Below, piece by piece: positions 55,050-64,000 of a DNA stretch of 64,000 bases. How positions within the stretch are numbered: position 1 is the stretch's first letter; the number at the start of each line of letters is the position of its first letter. Location of the stretch: positions 248,001-312,000 of the IMG/VR virus record IMGVR_UViG_3300028800_000001. One strand, written 5' to 3'. The position numbers and the translations under genes were made by a program. Under the pieces are notes generated by a model. The model saw nothing but the letters and a program-made list of their open reading frames with translations. It was not told where the DNA came from and ran no database searches.

Positions 55050-55325
55050 TTAGGGAAGCAGGGCTGTTTGTGCATCAATGAGGTGCTGTAAGTTTTCTAC
55101 AAAGGCGAGACTAAGAGTGATTTGCTCTTTGACTCTGTTCACTTCTCCTTGCGCGGCTGCAATAAATTCGCGCTGTTTGGCGTAGAGCCCCTGCTTTACT
55201 TGTCTGATTTCATCTTCAATAGCGGGGCGCTCTTCGTCTGAAGAGGCGATGAGTCTTTGCCTGAGTGTTTCAATGGTGGTGTAGTGTTCGGTAAGTTGCG
55301 CGTCTAGCATTTGTAAATGTTCCAA
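55050..55325 (-). CDS. small coiled-coil protein (start uncertain)
   Basis: AAGGAG SD before TTG 55325. Confidence 0.45.
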   Translation of the reverse strand: MEHLQMLDAQLTEHYTTIETLRQRLIASSDEERPAIEDEIRQVKQGLYAKQREFIAAAQGEVNRVKEQITLSLAFVENLQHLIDAQTALLP

Positions 55326-55341
55326 AGAGGTCTCCTTTTTA

Positions 55342-55644
55342 TTAGAAACTAAAACCGCGCTTATGCGCGTACTGTTTACTGTGCAGATACAGGGTTGGCA
55401 CAATGCCCAGGTCAAGAAATTCGTCGAGGATATTGCAGATCCCACCAAGTGCCTCTTCGTCAGAGACAACTTTCATGAACGGATTCTTTTTGCTGTACTG
55501 CTCAAAATAGAAGTTTAGTTTGTTCAATTTCTTGAGTAGCGCTTTATCCTCTCTTGCCATGCGCAACATGTTCAGGCGGGTGCGCTCATCAATGACGGTT
55601 TCTTGGAGTCTTTTGACGACTGCGAGCATTTCATCGGTGTTCAT
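55342..55644 (-). CDS. hypothetical protein
   Basis: Own promoter and TCAAGGAGAA SD. Confidence 0.65.
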   Translation of the reverse strand: MNTDEMLAVVKRLQETVIDERTRLNMLRMAREDKALLKKLNKLNFYFEQYSKKNPFMKVVSDEEALGGICNILDEFLDLGIVPTLYLHSKQYAHKRGFSF

Positions 55645-55649
55645 TGTGC

Positions 55650-55715
55650 TTCTCCTTGATTTTTCGTTTATTTCTTCTATACGAGAAGTATACGCCAGGA
55701 AAAGGACAAAGACAA
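55650..55715 (-). promoter_or_regulatory. sigma70 promoter with conserved leader AGAAATAAACGAAAA
   Basis: TTGTCT-17-TATACT (55715-55687); leader 55675-55661. Confidence 0.7.
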
Positions 55716-55759
55716 GGGTTTTTTCATCGCATTGTCAGAGATGAAAAAACCCTTGAGAA

Positions 55760-56653
55760 CTACTTACTTTGGAACGGGTTGAGGAGAATATTACTGCCAT
55801 TGGTTGAAAGGGTGCTCGGCAGGTGTCCGTCCCATTTCTGTTGGTACATCTGAATTAAGAGGTACTGCAAGTATTGTGGTGACTTTGAGAGCTCAGCATT
55901 AATGATCTGAATTTGCTGTGCCTGTGACTGCGCTTGTATCTTGGCCGCGTCAGCCGTGTACTGTGCCTTCAGTTTTAAGAATTGCGCCTGTGTGGCATCT
56001 TGCTGGGCTTGCTGTATCGCATCAATACTGGTTTGCTGCGCTTTACTGTAGTGCGGCTGTCCAAGTGAGATTTGTTCAATTGTGACGCCATACTTATTCA
56101 TAATGGGGGTGAGTTGCCCCATCATTGCGGTCTCAATGGAGTTGCCGTGTGAACTGACATCTTGCCACTGATAAGCTCCACCGACCTGATTGAGAGCATG
56201 AATGACGCTTTGGCGAATAAGCTTGGTGCTGACATCGTTATTGAAGCTACCATCCAGCGGTACTCCAGGCATCAGAAAGTAGAGCTTGGCTGGATCGGTC
56301 ACGCGCCACTGCGTTGTGATATCAACCTTGAGTGGAATACCGTTTAAGGTGACAAAGGTGACACTGTCATCACCGCCTTGCTGGCCTTCGGCAGGATTGG
56401 CGACCATTGCCAATGTTTGCAAGGCGACAGGATATTCAAAAACCGCTTGTCCGTTCCACGAGTTGTACCAATTGAAGGTACTCTGTGGCAGGATGGTCAC
56501 ATTGGGTTGCCCATTGGCACTTCGCTGTGTGTAGTTGATTAAGAGCCCTACTTGCCCCGCGTTCACGCGGTAGGTAAAGCTACTCATAATAAAGACAATC
56601 AGAAGAATAAAGAGCACGAGCGCGGCTCCTACGCTGATAAGAAATTTGGTCAT
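55760..56653 (-). CDS. SPFH/Band 7/prohibitin family protein
   Basis: N-terminal TM, RVNAGQVG, VDITTQWRV, C-terminal A/Q coiled coil, QKWDGHLP. Confidence 0.85.
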   Translation of the reverse strand: MTKFLISVGAALVLFILLIVFIMSSFTYRVNAGQVGLLINYTQRSANGQPNVTILPQSTFNWYNSWNGQAVFEYPVALQTLAMVANPAEGQQGGDDSVTFVTLNGIPLKVDITTQWRVTDPAKLYFLMPGVPLDGSFNNDVSTKLIRQSVIHALNQVGGAYQWQDVSSHGNSIETAMMGQLTPIMNKYGVTIEQISLGQPHYSKAQQTSIDAIQQAQQDATQAQFLKLKAQYTADAAKIQAQSQAQQIQIINAELSKSPQYLQYLLIQMYQQKWDGHLPSTLSTNGSNILLNPFQSK

Positions 56654-56854
56654 TGGTTACTCCTCACGCCATGTCTGGCGAATAGTTGTTTTGGTTGTTC
56701 GAAAATTTTTGCGTATCCAGAGTGCAATTCTGGTAAGTTGTTTCGCAAAGAGTGCGATGCACACGGTGATCACGCTGAGTGCACCAAGTACAGGAAAGAC
56801 AATCCATTGCCACATTGATAGTTTCCTTTCATAAGAAGAAGAACGAAAAAGTTT

Positions 56855-57178
56855 TTAAACAATAAAAAAGCCATAGTTTTTGGCTTCCTCTAACCAGATG
56901 AGTAAATCCACTACACGCTTCTCGTAGAGTGTTCCCCACGGCTCTTCGCGCTCCTGTGCGAGGTATTCTTTGGTCAGCCGGTGAAGTCTGGCCGCAAGGC
57001 GCTTACTCACATAGTGCCCATCATTGGCATAGTAGTATTCTTCTTTCCCTTTGGTCAGATAGCCACGTGCTTCAGCCATGCGTATAATATCGCCCCAGGC
57101 TACAGAAGAAGGGAGGAAGTTTTCAAGCTCCACTCCCTCTGGTATGGCGTTGCGTTTGGCTGCAAGTTCATATCCCAT
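56855..57178 (-). CDS. hypothetical protein
   Basis: Start moved to ATG 57178 (GGAG SD); NDGHYVS motif. Confidence 0.5.
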   Translation of the reverse strand: MGYELAAKRNAIPEGVELENFLPSSVAWGDIIRMAEARGYLTKGKEEYYYANDGHYVSKRLAARLHRLTKEYLAQEREEPWGTLYEKRVVDLLIWLEEAKNYGFFIV

Positions 57179-57182
57179 TACT

Positions 57183-57542
57183 TTACTCCCACGGATAATC
57201 GGCAGGGCTTGCTGCCTGTTCAACGATTGCATCGAGCGCTTCACGTGAGCGCATTGCACCAGCCCAGGCAGCACGTAGATAGGTCTGCCCATGCCGCTTG
57301 TTTTCCTCCAGGTACGCTTCACGGATCTTGTCATGCTGCGCTTTGTTGGACGCAAGTGCTTCGCGTGCACTCTCCAGCGTAAATCCTTCTTTTTCGAGAA
57401 GGGCAATTCGCTCTTGTATGCCTTGAAAGACACCACCATCAGCTCTGGCCTCGCCGGAGGCGATTAAGCGCTCACAGTAGGTGATGAGGCGCACCGTTTG
57501 GTGCAGTGCGCTGTAGTGTTCGTAACTCGTAATTCCCTGCAT
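57183..57542 (-). CDS. hypothetical helical protein
   Basis: Start moved to ATG 57542. Confidence 0.5.
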   Translation of the reverse strand: MQGITSYEHYSALHQTVRLITYCERLIASGEARADGGVFQGIQERIALLEKEGFTLESAREALASNKAQHDKIREAYLEENKRHGQTYLRAAWAGAMRSREALDAIVEQAASPADYPWE

Positions 57543-57556
57543 TTTTCTTTTCCTTT

Positions 57557-58444
57557 TTAATAGTTCATTGGCGCACGCCAGTAATCGCAGTGATCTATCG
57601 TGCCGAGCGATTGACTGCTGAACCATCCGCCGTCGCCGTTATGCTTGCAGCGCACCAGGACGCCGTTGCCATCTTGCCAGAAGGTTTCCCATGGTTTTGA
57701 ACTGTCAGAGGTAACCGCTTCTAATTGTGGGTTAACCAGTCCTGGCGGGAATAAACTGCCATCAAAGGCCGGTAACTTTTTGCACTGTGTCGCAACACCA
57801 AAGCCGTCTTTGGCAAACCAGCTCCCGTCATTCGGTTTGGTATGCAGACACACGCTTCCATCGCTCCAGAAGCTTTGCGCATCAATATTTTGTCCAGCGT
57901 TAATGGAAACCAGCACCGCAGAAGGATCAACCCATTGCGGATGTGCAAATGGTTTACAACCGGTGACCGATGTTGCGGTATTGCCCCAAAAGGTATTATC
58001 ATGATTGCAAATGCTCATCTTGCCGTTCGGTAACAACCAGACGGATTGTGTGAGCTCGTTGTAGCCCATATTGATTGCGGCAAACGTTGCGGTACTTGGC
58101 AGTTGCGCTGGGACGGCAAAATGATCGCAATCTGACGGATCAGCAGTAAGATTATCCCAATCATTATCGTGGTAGCAGCGAATAACGTAGCCAGCGCGAG
58201 TCGGGTCATACCAATACGACTCTGTGGTTTTACTATACTTTCCCGCACCCGCAGAGGTGACATCAGCCAACAGCAACTTTGAGGTCGCTTCCTGCTTTGT
58301 GGGTTGCTGCGTTGCGTTATGAATACAGGAACCGACACCAAAGAGCAAGAAGCCAATAACGAGACTTACCAGTATTGTGCTTATTGCTGTTTGACAGCCT
58401 TCGCCGCTACTTGACGAGCGACGACGACCATAACGATCTTCCAT
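57557..58444 (-). CDS. membrane-anchored extracellular protein with three Cys/Trp repeats
   Basis: TM helix; repeats ESYW..RCYH..W..C, QSVW..ICNH..W..C, ETFW..RCKH..W..C. Confidence 0.65.
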   Translation of the reverse strand: MEDRYGRRRSSSSGEGCQTAISTILVSLVIGFLLFGVGSCIHNATQQPTKQEATSKLLLADVTSAGAGKYSKTTESYWYDPTRAGYVIRCYHDNDWDNLTADPSDCDHFAVPAQLPSTATFAAINMGYNELTQSVWLLPNGKMSICNHDNTFWGNTATSVTGCKPFAHPQWVDPSAVLVSINAGQNIDAQSFWSDGSVCLHTKPNDGSWFAKDGFGVATQCKKLPAFDGSLFPPGLVNPQLEAVTSDSSKPWETFWQDGNGVLVRCKHNGDGGWFSSQSLGTIDHCDYWRAPMNY

Positions 58445-58513
58445 AAAATCTATCCTTTTTTCAAGAGAGTATTCTTTACTTTCTTCAACGTATAATCAGA
58501 TCAAAGATCAAAT

Positions 58514-58978
58514 TTAAGAATCAAAGTAAATGTGCAGTGTTGGCTCTTTGGTAAGCATGAGTGATGCCTCTTTACAGATAAAGTGCATCCAGGCGAGAAT
58601 GGCTTTTTGCCGCTCCGCTGCACCTTTTTGCTGACTGTAATACGCGACTGCATCAGGGTAATCCTCATCGCAGCCTGCGATGATTTCGTTAAGCAGCGTG
58701 AGAAATTTGGGAGTGATCGCAAGGAATACGTTGTTCGTAGCCTCTTCCCACGGACCACCGTAGATGTAATCTTCCAGGCTTTTCCCTTTTGCATTTTCAA
58801 CCATGAGCACATCGCCCATTTCGTGCTCCAAGATGTTGATTTCGTTTTCTTTTCCAGCGAAGATTGAAAATCCTAACTCTTTGGTTTTTGTGCAGGACAT
58901 AGGTTCGATAACGCTCTGACGATGATTGTCCGTAGTTTCTAAAACAAGGTTGCCAACGCTGATCGTGACAAGGCTCAT
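58514..58978 (-). CDS. hypothetical protein
   Basis: AAGGAG SD; ATGA overlap. Confidence 0.55.
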   Translation of the reverse strand: MSLVTISVGNLVLETTDNHRQSVIEPMSCTKTKELGFSIFAGKENEINILEHEMGDVLMVENAKGKSLEDYIYGGPWEEATNNVFLAITPKFLTLLNEIIAGCDEDYPDAVAYYSQQKGAAERQKAILAWMHFICKEASLMLTKEPTLHIYFDS

Positions 58979-59703
58979 AGCTGTACTCCTTTATTATTTG
59001 CTGTGCGCACTCGTACTAAAAAATCCTCTAAAGTCTTTTTCGTCTCTTGCGCGGTGAAATCTGGCAGGCTGCTCAGCGCCTTGCATTCTTCTAGATAGTT
59101 ATAGAAGTGCTCAAGCGTGCGTTCATGTTCCCAACATGCCTGTTTTTCTATCCCCTCTATCCCTTCTTTGCGATACGCAAGTAGCGTTTGTATTGTGGGC
59201 ACATCATATTCTTCTGCGAGCGTTGGGAGGCAATACTCAAGGGAACCAGAGCGCATCAGGTGAACGGCCATCAGTAGACAGCGATAGCAATGCAACAACT
59301 TCTTCACGTCGTTGAGCTGCATACGTTTCTGTTGATTAAATGCCATGCCCCGATAATGATCAGCGCAGCGCTTCGAAAAACAACCAACAGCCAATTTTTT
59401 GAGTTCCTGGTGCGCAGCTCCACTCACCAGTGGATCAGGTGTATAGAGGTCTTCGAGCGCGCTTCCGTTTCCTTTGATGAGTAAAAGCAGGTGTTTCTTC
59501 AGGTCGTGGGTCACCACTTCTAGATTCTCTTCTGGACGCTTTATCTCGATAGTATCGCCACCAGAAGGGAAGCCAAGTACATGCTCTAATGGAAGGCAAT
59601 GCACGCCGTGAAAGTCTTGATCGGAAAACGATCCTTGCATGCCATAGAGGTGTGAACCGGAAAGCCCTAAGAATAAAATGGGGTATGGGTGGTCTAACTT
59701 CAT
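58975..59703 (-). CDS. Pol-beta superfamily nucleotidyltransferase (YcgL/RlaP-like)
   Basis: SGSHLYG...SDQDFHGVH, HDLKK, KGN, YRGMA, KKLLHCYRCLL. Confidence 0.85.
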   Translation of the reverse strand: MKLDHPYPILFLGLSGSHLYGMQGSFSDQDFHGVHCLPLEHVLGFPSGGDTIEIKRPEENLEVVTHDLKKHLLLLIKGNGSALEDLYTPDPLVSGAAHQELKKLAVGCFSKRCADHYRGMAFNQQKRMQLNDVKKLLHCYRCLLMAVHLMRSGSLEYCLPTLAEEYDVPTIQTLLAYRKEGIEGIEKQACWEHERTLEHFYNYLEECKALSSLPDFTAQETKKTLEDFLVRVRTANNKGVQL

Positions 59704-59713
59704 AAAAGATCTC

Positions 59714-60046
59714 CTACAAAAAGTATTCAATATTACATTCACCTTGATGAAAGGTGAACTCCATCGGGCCAGCCTCATCATCCAGGGTCAGCTTGCTGCC
59801 CTCTTGGACGTAAGGGGCAAGAAGAATGAAAAAGAGCTCAAGAAATGCCCCGTTACCATTGTGGCCTTGCACCGTCAGTTTATTTTTATGGACGGCAAAG
59901 GTGAAGTCCCAGGCCGTGAAGAAGTCTTCAACAGTCCTGGCCTGAGACAGCGCAGTATTGGTGCGGTGAAACTGTGTAAAGAGTTTTTGCTCAATCGCGT
60001 CACGTTCGTCAAGATTGAGCAAAAAAGCATTGGTCGCAATGTTCAT
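59714..60046 (-). CDS. hypothetical protein, paralog of 60046-60399
   Basis: EDFFTAW, FFILLAPYVQ, PMEFTFHQGE. Confidence 0.6.
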   Translation of the reverse strand: MNIATNAFLLNLDERDAIEQKLFTQFHRTNTALSQARTVEDFFTAWDFTFAVHKNKLTVQGHNGNGAFLELFFILLAPYVQEGSKLTLDDEAGPMEFTFHQGECNIEYFL

Positions 60047-60399
60047 TAAAAGTATCTCTTTTCCAGGGTGAGATACGCCATCGTCACTTCGCCGTCACGA
60101 AATTCGATACGCATTGGCGTTTCGTCTTTTGCCCATACCAGTAAGAAACAGTTTTGCACATAAGGGGCAAGTACTTCGAAGAAGGTGCGCAGTCCACTGC
60201 CGTATTGGTCTTTTATTTCGGTGATATAGACGTTATTTTCAAGAATCACCGTCTTGATTCCGTAGAAAGTGAAAAAGTCAGCAATGGTATCCTTATGCTT
60301 TGGCTCATGCGAGAGTCTACGTGCGTAAGCTAAAAGTGCAAGATATAATTCTGGGAAACGCTCGTTACTGAGTACGAAAGTATTCTGTAGTAAAATCAT
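60046..60399 (-). CDS. hypothetical protein, paralog of 59714-60046
   Basis: ADFFTFY, FFEVLAPYVQ, PMRIEFRDGE. Confidence 0.6.
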   Translation of the reverse strand: MILLQNTFVLSNERFPELYLALLAYARRLSHEPKHKDTIADFFTFYGIKTVILENNVYITEIKDQYGSGLRTFFEVLAPYVQNCFLLVWAKDETPMRIEFRDGEVTMAYLTLEKRYF

Positions 60400-61115
60400 A
60401 GATTTAATTCCTTTAGTTTTTCTTCAAACAGCGTGTTGCGCTCTGCCGTCAGTCCAATAACTTGATAGCCTCCAAGGTCTTCGTCAGGTTCCAAAAGTGC
60501 CACTGCGTTTCCGTAAGGTGGATCATCAGGCGTACACAACCGGTAATGATAGACGCCGTATTCAACACCATCAACGGTGACATCAATTGTGTCTTTCCCC
60601 CAGATACAGAGCTCCACCGTATGCTTTGGGTTGTCAAAGCGGAGTGTGCGTGCTGCGTCTTCTCGCAGGGCGTTAAGATGCTCTTCAACGTCTTCGAGAT
60701 AAGGTTGTGGGTCAACAGGATAGCGCGCTAAGAGTGTTCTCGCCTGTTCTACTGAAGTACACCAGAAGAGGTTCGCCTCAGTGACCGTTCCGTTATCGCT
60801 CACACGGATTAAAACATTGCGTTCATCATCGCTATCTTCATCAACGACCACAAGCAACTGCTCGTCATCACGGCAGGCCAGTAAGCGTTCACGTGCATCG
60901 CTGTAGTTGCGCTCTGCCATCCAACCAAGTTTGCTTGCCTCTTGGAGTGTTCTCGGTGGTGTCGCATTCTTAATAGGATTGCGAAGCAAAAATGCGCGTG
61001 CTTCACGCTCCCAGTGAGCAGAAAATGTTTGTTGGCTCAGCCAGTGCACATAATTGCGTGGCACCGCGCTCAGCCCTTTGCCTTTGTGTTTTCCAAACGG
61101 AAGTAGTTCTTCCAT
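60396..61115 (-). CDS. protein with N-terminal DUF3820-like (PFGKHKG) domain
   Basis: LPFGKHKGKGLSAVPRNYVHWL. Confidence 0.65.
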   Translation of the reverse strand: MEELLPFGKHKGKGLSAVPRNYVHWLSQQTFSAHWEREARAFLLRNPIKNATPPRTLQEASKLGWMAERNYSDARERLLACRDDEQLLVVVDEDSDDERNVLIRVSDNGTVTEANLFWCTSVEQARTLLARYPVDPQPYLEDVEEHLNALREDAARTLRFDNPKHTVELCIWGKDTIDVTVDGVEYGVYHYRLCTPDDPPYGNAVALLEPDEDLGGYQVIGLTAERNTLFEEKLKELNL

Positions 61116-61124
61116 ACGACTCCT

Positions 61125-61586
61125 TTAGAGAAAAATGAGATCAGTCTCGGTCACGCTTTCTGATTGCATAACAGTTAAGCGAGCGAGATCAAACGCTGGG
61201 TCTTTATACCCATCAAACATCGCAAAACGGCGTACCACGCGGTTGTCGTACGCCATCTCTGGCACGAGCTCCAGGTACAGGATGCAATCGTCGTAGGCGT
61301 ATGGTACCCACAGCCAGACGTAGCCGACGAGCTTGCCGTTGATGACGAGCGGATACTGTGTGTCTTCTTCGTACACCTTTGGACTAGTGGGGAGCGCATC
61401 GATTTTTCTAAAGTAGCGCTCTTCTTCAATGGTTAACCGCGCTACCACCTGACGACCTGTCCAGGCCCAAGGGAACGAACCGTCGCTGTTGCGTTTGTAC
61501 TTTGCGGTGTTCTTCATGAGACGCGCACAAGAATTGGCGAACGTTTGGATAATTCTTTCGGAAACGGCGCTATCGGTTGTAAACAT
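61125..61586 (-). CDS. hypothetical protein
   Basis: AGGAGG SD. Confidence 0.6.
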   Translation of the reverse strand: MFTTDSAVSERIIQTFANSCARLMKNTAKYKRNSDGSFPWAWTGRQVVARLTIEEERYFRKIDALPTSPKVYEEDTQYPLVINGKLVGYVWLWVPYAYDDCILYLELVPEMAYDNRVVRRFAMFDGYKDPAFDLARLTVMQSESVTETDLIFL

Positions 61587-61587
61587 G

Positions 61588-61887
61588 CTAGACCTCCTGG
61601 TTGTACTGGTTGAAATAACCGTTAATTTTTTCGAGAGAAGAAAACCAGAGATATGCGGCGTTTTGGCCGTCGATCTGTGCTTTTCTACAGAAGGTTGGAG
61701 CGAGCGCTTTGACTACATCCACCTGAACGTTTAACTGCATCACACGGTACAGACGCTCTTGCTCGTGCCAGTAGTAGGCGCTTCCGTCTTCTTCCTGCCA
61801 GACCTGTATCTTAAACTGACGCATGATCAGGTGTGCGGTCGCGGTCATATCCTCTGGTGCTTGTGCGTTCTTTGGAAGTTTATTCAT
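61588..61887 (-). CDS. hypothetical protein
   Basis: Start moved to ATG 61887; own promoter and SD. Confidence 0.6.
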   Translation of the reverse strand: MNKLPKNAQAPEDMTATAHLIMRQFKIQVWQEEDGSAYYWHEQERLYRVMQLNVQVDVVKALAPTFCRKAQIDGQNAAYLWFSSLEKINGYFNQYNQEV

Positions 61888-61894
61888 TGCTCTT

Positions 61895-61961
61895 TTTCTC
61901 CTTGAATGTTTTCGTTTATTTCTTATACAGGAAGTATAGCTGAAAGGCGCTTCTACGTCAA
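61895..61961 (-). promoter_or_regulatory. sigma70 promoter with conserved leader AGAAATAAACGAAAA
   Basis: TTGACG-17-TATACT (61961-61933); leader 61923-61909. Confidence 0.7.
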
Positions 61962-61994
61962 GTATTTTTACCATGTATTTTCAGAAAAAAGAGG

Positions 61995-62023
61995 TTGACA
62001 GCCAAAAAAGTCTCTGCTATACT
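61995..62023 (+). promoter_or_regulatory. near-consensus sigma70 promoter
   Basis: TTGACA-17-TATACT with TG extension. Confidence 0.8.
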
Positions 62024-62029
62024 AAGGAC

Positions 62030-62311
62030 TCAAGACTGGTGGCTAAGGCTCTTGCGGGTTGCTTCCCAATAAGAGAGTTGAAGGTGCGAAGAGATAGAAC
62101 GGTAGGGACTGTTTCTGCGGGGGTCGAAATGGAAACTATCAACGCGGAGCCACTCTCTTCCGTAGTAGGGCAGATGGTGTTTTTCTTGAAGACGGACAGC
62201 AGGCGTTGAGAGAGAAATATCTTTGTTCCCAGGCACCGACCTGGAAAACGGTAGAGCAAAAAGCTTGCTCGGCAGAAAAGAACCTATAAATTATAGGTTC
62301 TTTTCTTTTTT
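62030..62311 (+). ncRNA. candidate ~280-nt structured noncoding RNA
   Basis: Between strong promoter and terminator; no ORF of 60 aa or more starts inside; multiple hairpins. Confidence 0.55.
62274..62311. terminator. intrinsic terminator, likely bidirectional
   Basis: AGAAAAGAACCTATAA/TTATAGGTTCTTTTCT + T-run. Confidence 0.7.
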
Positions 62312-62635
62312 GCCAGCGTAGTACGCACCATCACGCAACATTGTGCGTACTACTTTTTGGCAGGCAGTGCATTGATGCTTGCGCACGAGTATCACATGTG
62401 GTGTTATGACACCGCTGGCATTTATGCTATTTTGATCCCACTGCTCTTCTGCAAGAAAAACAAATTCGTGCGGTCCTTTCCCTTTCTTGCAGAAATCTTT
62501 GGGATACTTTGCTGGGTGCCTTGGCAATTCTTCAGCCATCATGGAAACGAGTATATCATTTTTTGGGTGGCTTTGCTTTGGGAGCGGTTTTATCACGATT
62601 ATCAATCGTGCCATATTTTTCTTTATTAGGGGCAA
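62291..62635 (-). CDS. basic Zn-finger-like hypothetical protein (start uncertain)
   Basis: FCKKGKGPH...CTACQK. Confidence 0.45.
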   Translation of the reverse strand: MPLIKKNMARLIIVIKPLPKQSHPKNDILVSMMAEELPRHPAKYPKDFCKKGKGPHEFVFLAEEQWDQNSINASGVITPHVILVRKHQCTACQKVVRTMLRDGAYYAGKKEKNL

Positions 62636-62859
62636 GACGCATATCGGGCGCGGTTGCCTTTTTGGGTTTTCCCATAATAATCCTCCTTATGCTTTCGCGC
62701 CAAGCGCATAAATGATAGCGGCAACGAGTGCGAGCACTGCGACGATACCATAGATGATTGCGTGCACGTATTGGCGTGCCATTCCGGCAGTGATCGCGAT
62801 ATCACCGCAGCGAACAGTAATAAAGACAAGCATGACAAAAAGTGGTTGTACGAGCATGA

Positions 62860-63999
62860 TTAGTTTCCTGTAAACTCTGAAGGGACGACATTTTGTGTTG
62901 ATTTGAGTAATTCTTCCAGGTAACTGAGCACTTCGGTTGAGGTGATCTTTTGCGTTGTCGGCTGATTCGCCTGTAATGCACTCAGTTCTTTGGAAAGTGC
63001 GGTTGCGTTGGCGATAGCTGCGTCACGCTGTTGTTGCAAAATAACCATTTGTTTGCTCGTATCAGTCAGTGTTTGCTGGAGTGTTGCTGCTTGCTTTTGA
63101 AAGTTGGCCGCTTCTTCGGCTTCCTTAAAGAGATTGTCAATATGCGTCATATAGCAGTTGCTTGCCCCTGGAGGACTATCAAGCAGGTGGGAAGGGTCAT
63201 AACTGATTTCACCGCGTTCAAAACGCTGTCGCGTTGCAGTACGGCCCTGATGATCAACAACAGAATGTCCAACATTGTCGAGTGCTTTCTCTTCGTTGCT
63301 TATTGGCAGGCCAAGGAGCGTAATGCCGTTGAGGCCAATATTGCCGACGTTTTGATAAAAGGCGAGAATATCGCCTCCAAGAAAGCAGCCATTCTTTTTG
63401 CATTGCCAGCGATTTGTGCCAACCAACTTAAAATAATTGGCAACAACAGGATTTCCGATATCAAGCATGGTATTTGCTCCTAAGAAGGTGAAGAGGCCGT
63501 CCCACGGGTACGTACCTGGGCAGTCGCGTCTGCTGACAGGATCGATAGAAAAGTGGCCGGTGATACCGCCTGTGGCGTCGGCTTTACGCGTCGGAATATT
63601 CCAGCGCTGACAAATATGTTTAATGAGTGTAAAACTTGCCTGCTGCTGTTGTGGGGTGAGTGCGAGGCCATTGGTGACGTTATTGACGTGTTCAATAGAG
63701 ATAGTAACTAAGTTAGGATTGATTGACCACCAGGAATCCGCGCCTGCGGTAATCACCCCGTTTGCCCATGCCGCGTCATGTTCGCTGACGCATTGCACAA
63801 TAATTCCATCACGTCCAACGACGTAGTGAGCTGAGACTTGCGATGCAGGGTTGGCAAAATAGTTGGCAATATTTTGTGCGGTTGGATCGCCTTGTGATCC
63901 GGTACCATGCAAAATAAGATGTGTAGGGCTGTGCCCATAGCGATTCGTCCACATATTTGCTGTTGGTATCCAGAGCGCTCCTGGTTCGTCCATGATCAT
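62860..63999 (-). CDS. N-acetylmuramoyl-L-alanine amidase endolysin with LGFP-like and coiled-coil C-terminus; start may lie beyond window
   Basis: LILHGT, VSAHYVV, AWANG, ISIEH, GHFSID...DCPG; LGLPISNE...QRFERG. Confidence 0.9.
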   Translation of the reverse strand: MIMDEPGALWIPTANMWTNRYGHSPTHLILHGTGSQGDPTAQNIANYFANPASQVSAHYVVGRDGIIVQCVSEHDAAWANGVITAGADSWWSINPNLVTISIEHVNNVTNGLALTPQQQQASFTLIKHICQRWNIPTRKADATGGITGHFSIDPVSRRDCPGTYPWDGLFTFLGANTMLDIGNPVVANYFKLVGTNRWQCKKNGCFLGGDILAFYQNVGNIGLNGITLLGLPISNEEKALDNVGHSVVDHQGRTATRQRFERGEISYDPSHLLDSPPGASNCYMTHIDNLFKEAEEAANFQKQAATLQQTLTDTSKQMVILQQQRDAAIANATALSKELSALQANQPTTQKITSTEVLSYLEELLKSTQNVVPSEFTGN

Positions 64000-64000
64000 T

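Noticed and set aside
61973-62259. ORFs 61973-62209(+), 62017-62259(-), 62030-62236(-)
   Set aside because: The + ORF starts upstream of the promoter; none has an SD or recognisable motif.
1-64000. Stop-codon reassignment or alternative genetic code
   Set aside because: Conserved genes (terL, helicase, amidase, TET) are full length in the standard code.

Overview
This 64-kb window is part of a large tailed-phage (or prophage) genome. It has terminase large and probable small subunits, an amidase endolysin, a holin-like protein, an intein-containing SF2 helicase and many short hypothetical genes. No capsid, portal, tail, polymerase, integrase, rRNA, tRNA or CRISPR array is recognisable. The S53 protease, DUF1080-like membrane protein and LGFP-type endolysin hint at a soil monoderm host such as Ktedonobacteria (inference only). 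Highlights: (1) A 15-kb minus-strand array around terS/terL encodes five DUF3626-like (putative ADP-ribosyltransferase) domains, three HipA/PI3K-like kinase domains, a second ART-like domain and a 2H phosphoesterase. Most carry a shared K-Y-N-x-x-H-x(2,3)-G-x-F tag, and four paralogous small putative immunity genes are interleaved: a candidate capsid-packaged, proteolytically processed effector system. (2) A cluster of 4-5 tandem promoter-plus-hairpin small RNA units at 2.4-3.2 kb and a ~280-nt promoter-to-terminator noncoding unit at 62 kb. (3) An intein whose DUF559-type endonuclease is a separate gene nested in the +1 frame. (4) A post-replicative thymidine hypermodification cluster (2 TET/JBP, 3 ParB, kinase, aGPT-Pplase2, flavoprotein, GNAT). 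(5) Several dispersed regulatory motifs. All family calls are from motif recognition by eye; no database searches were run.
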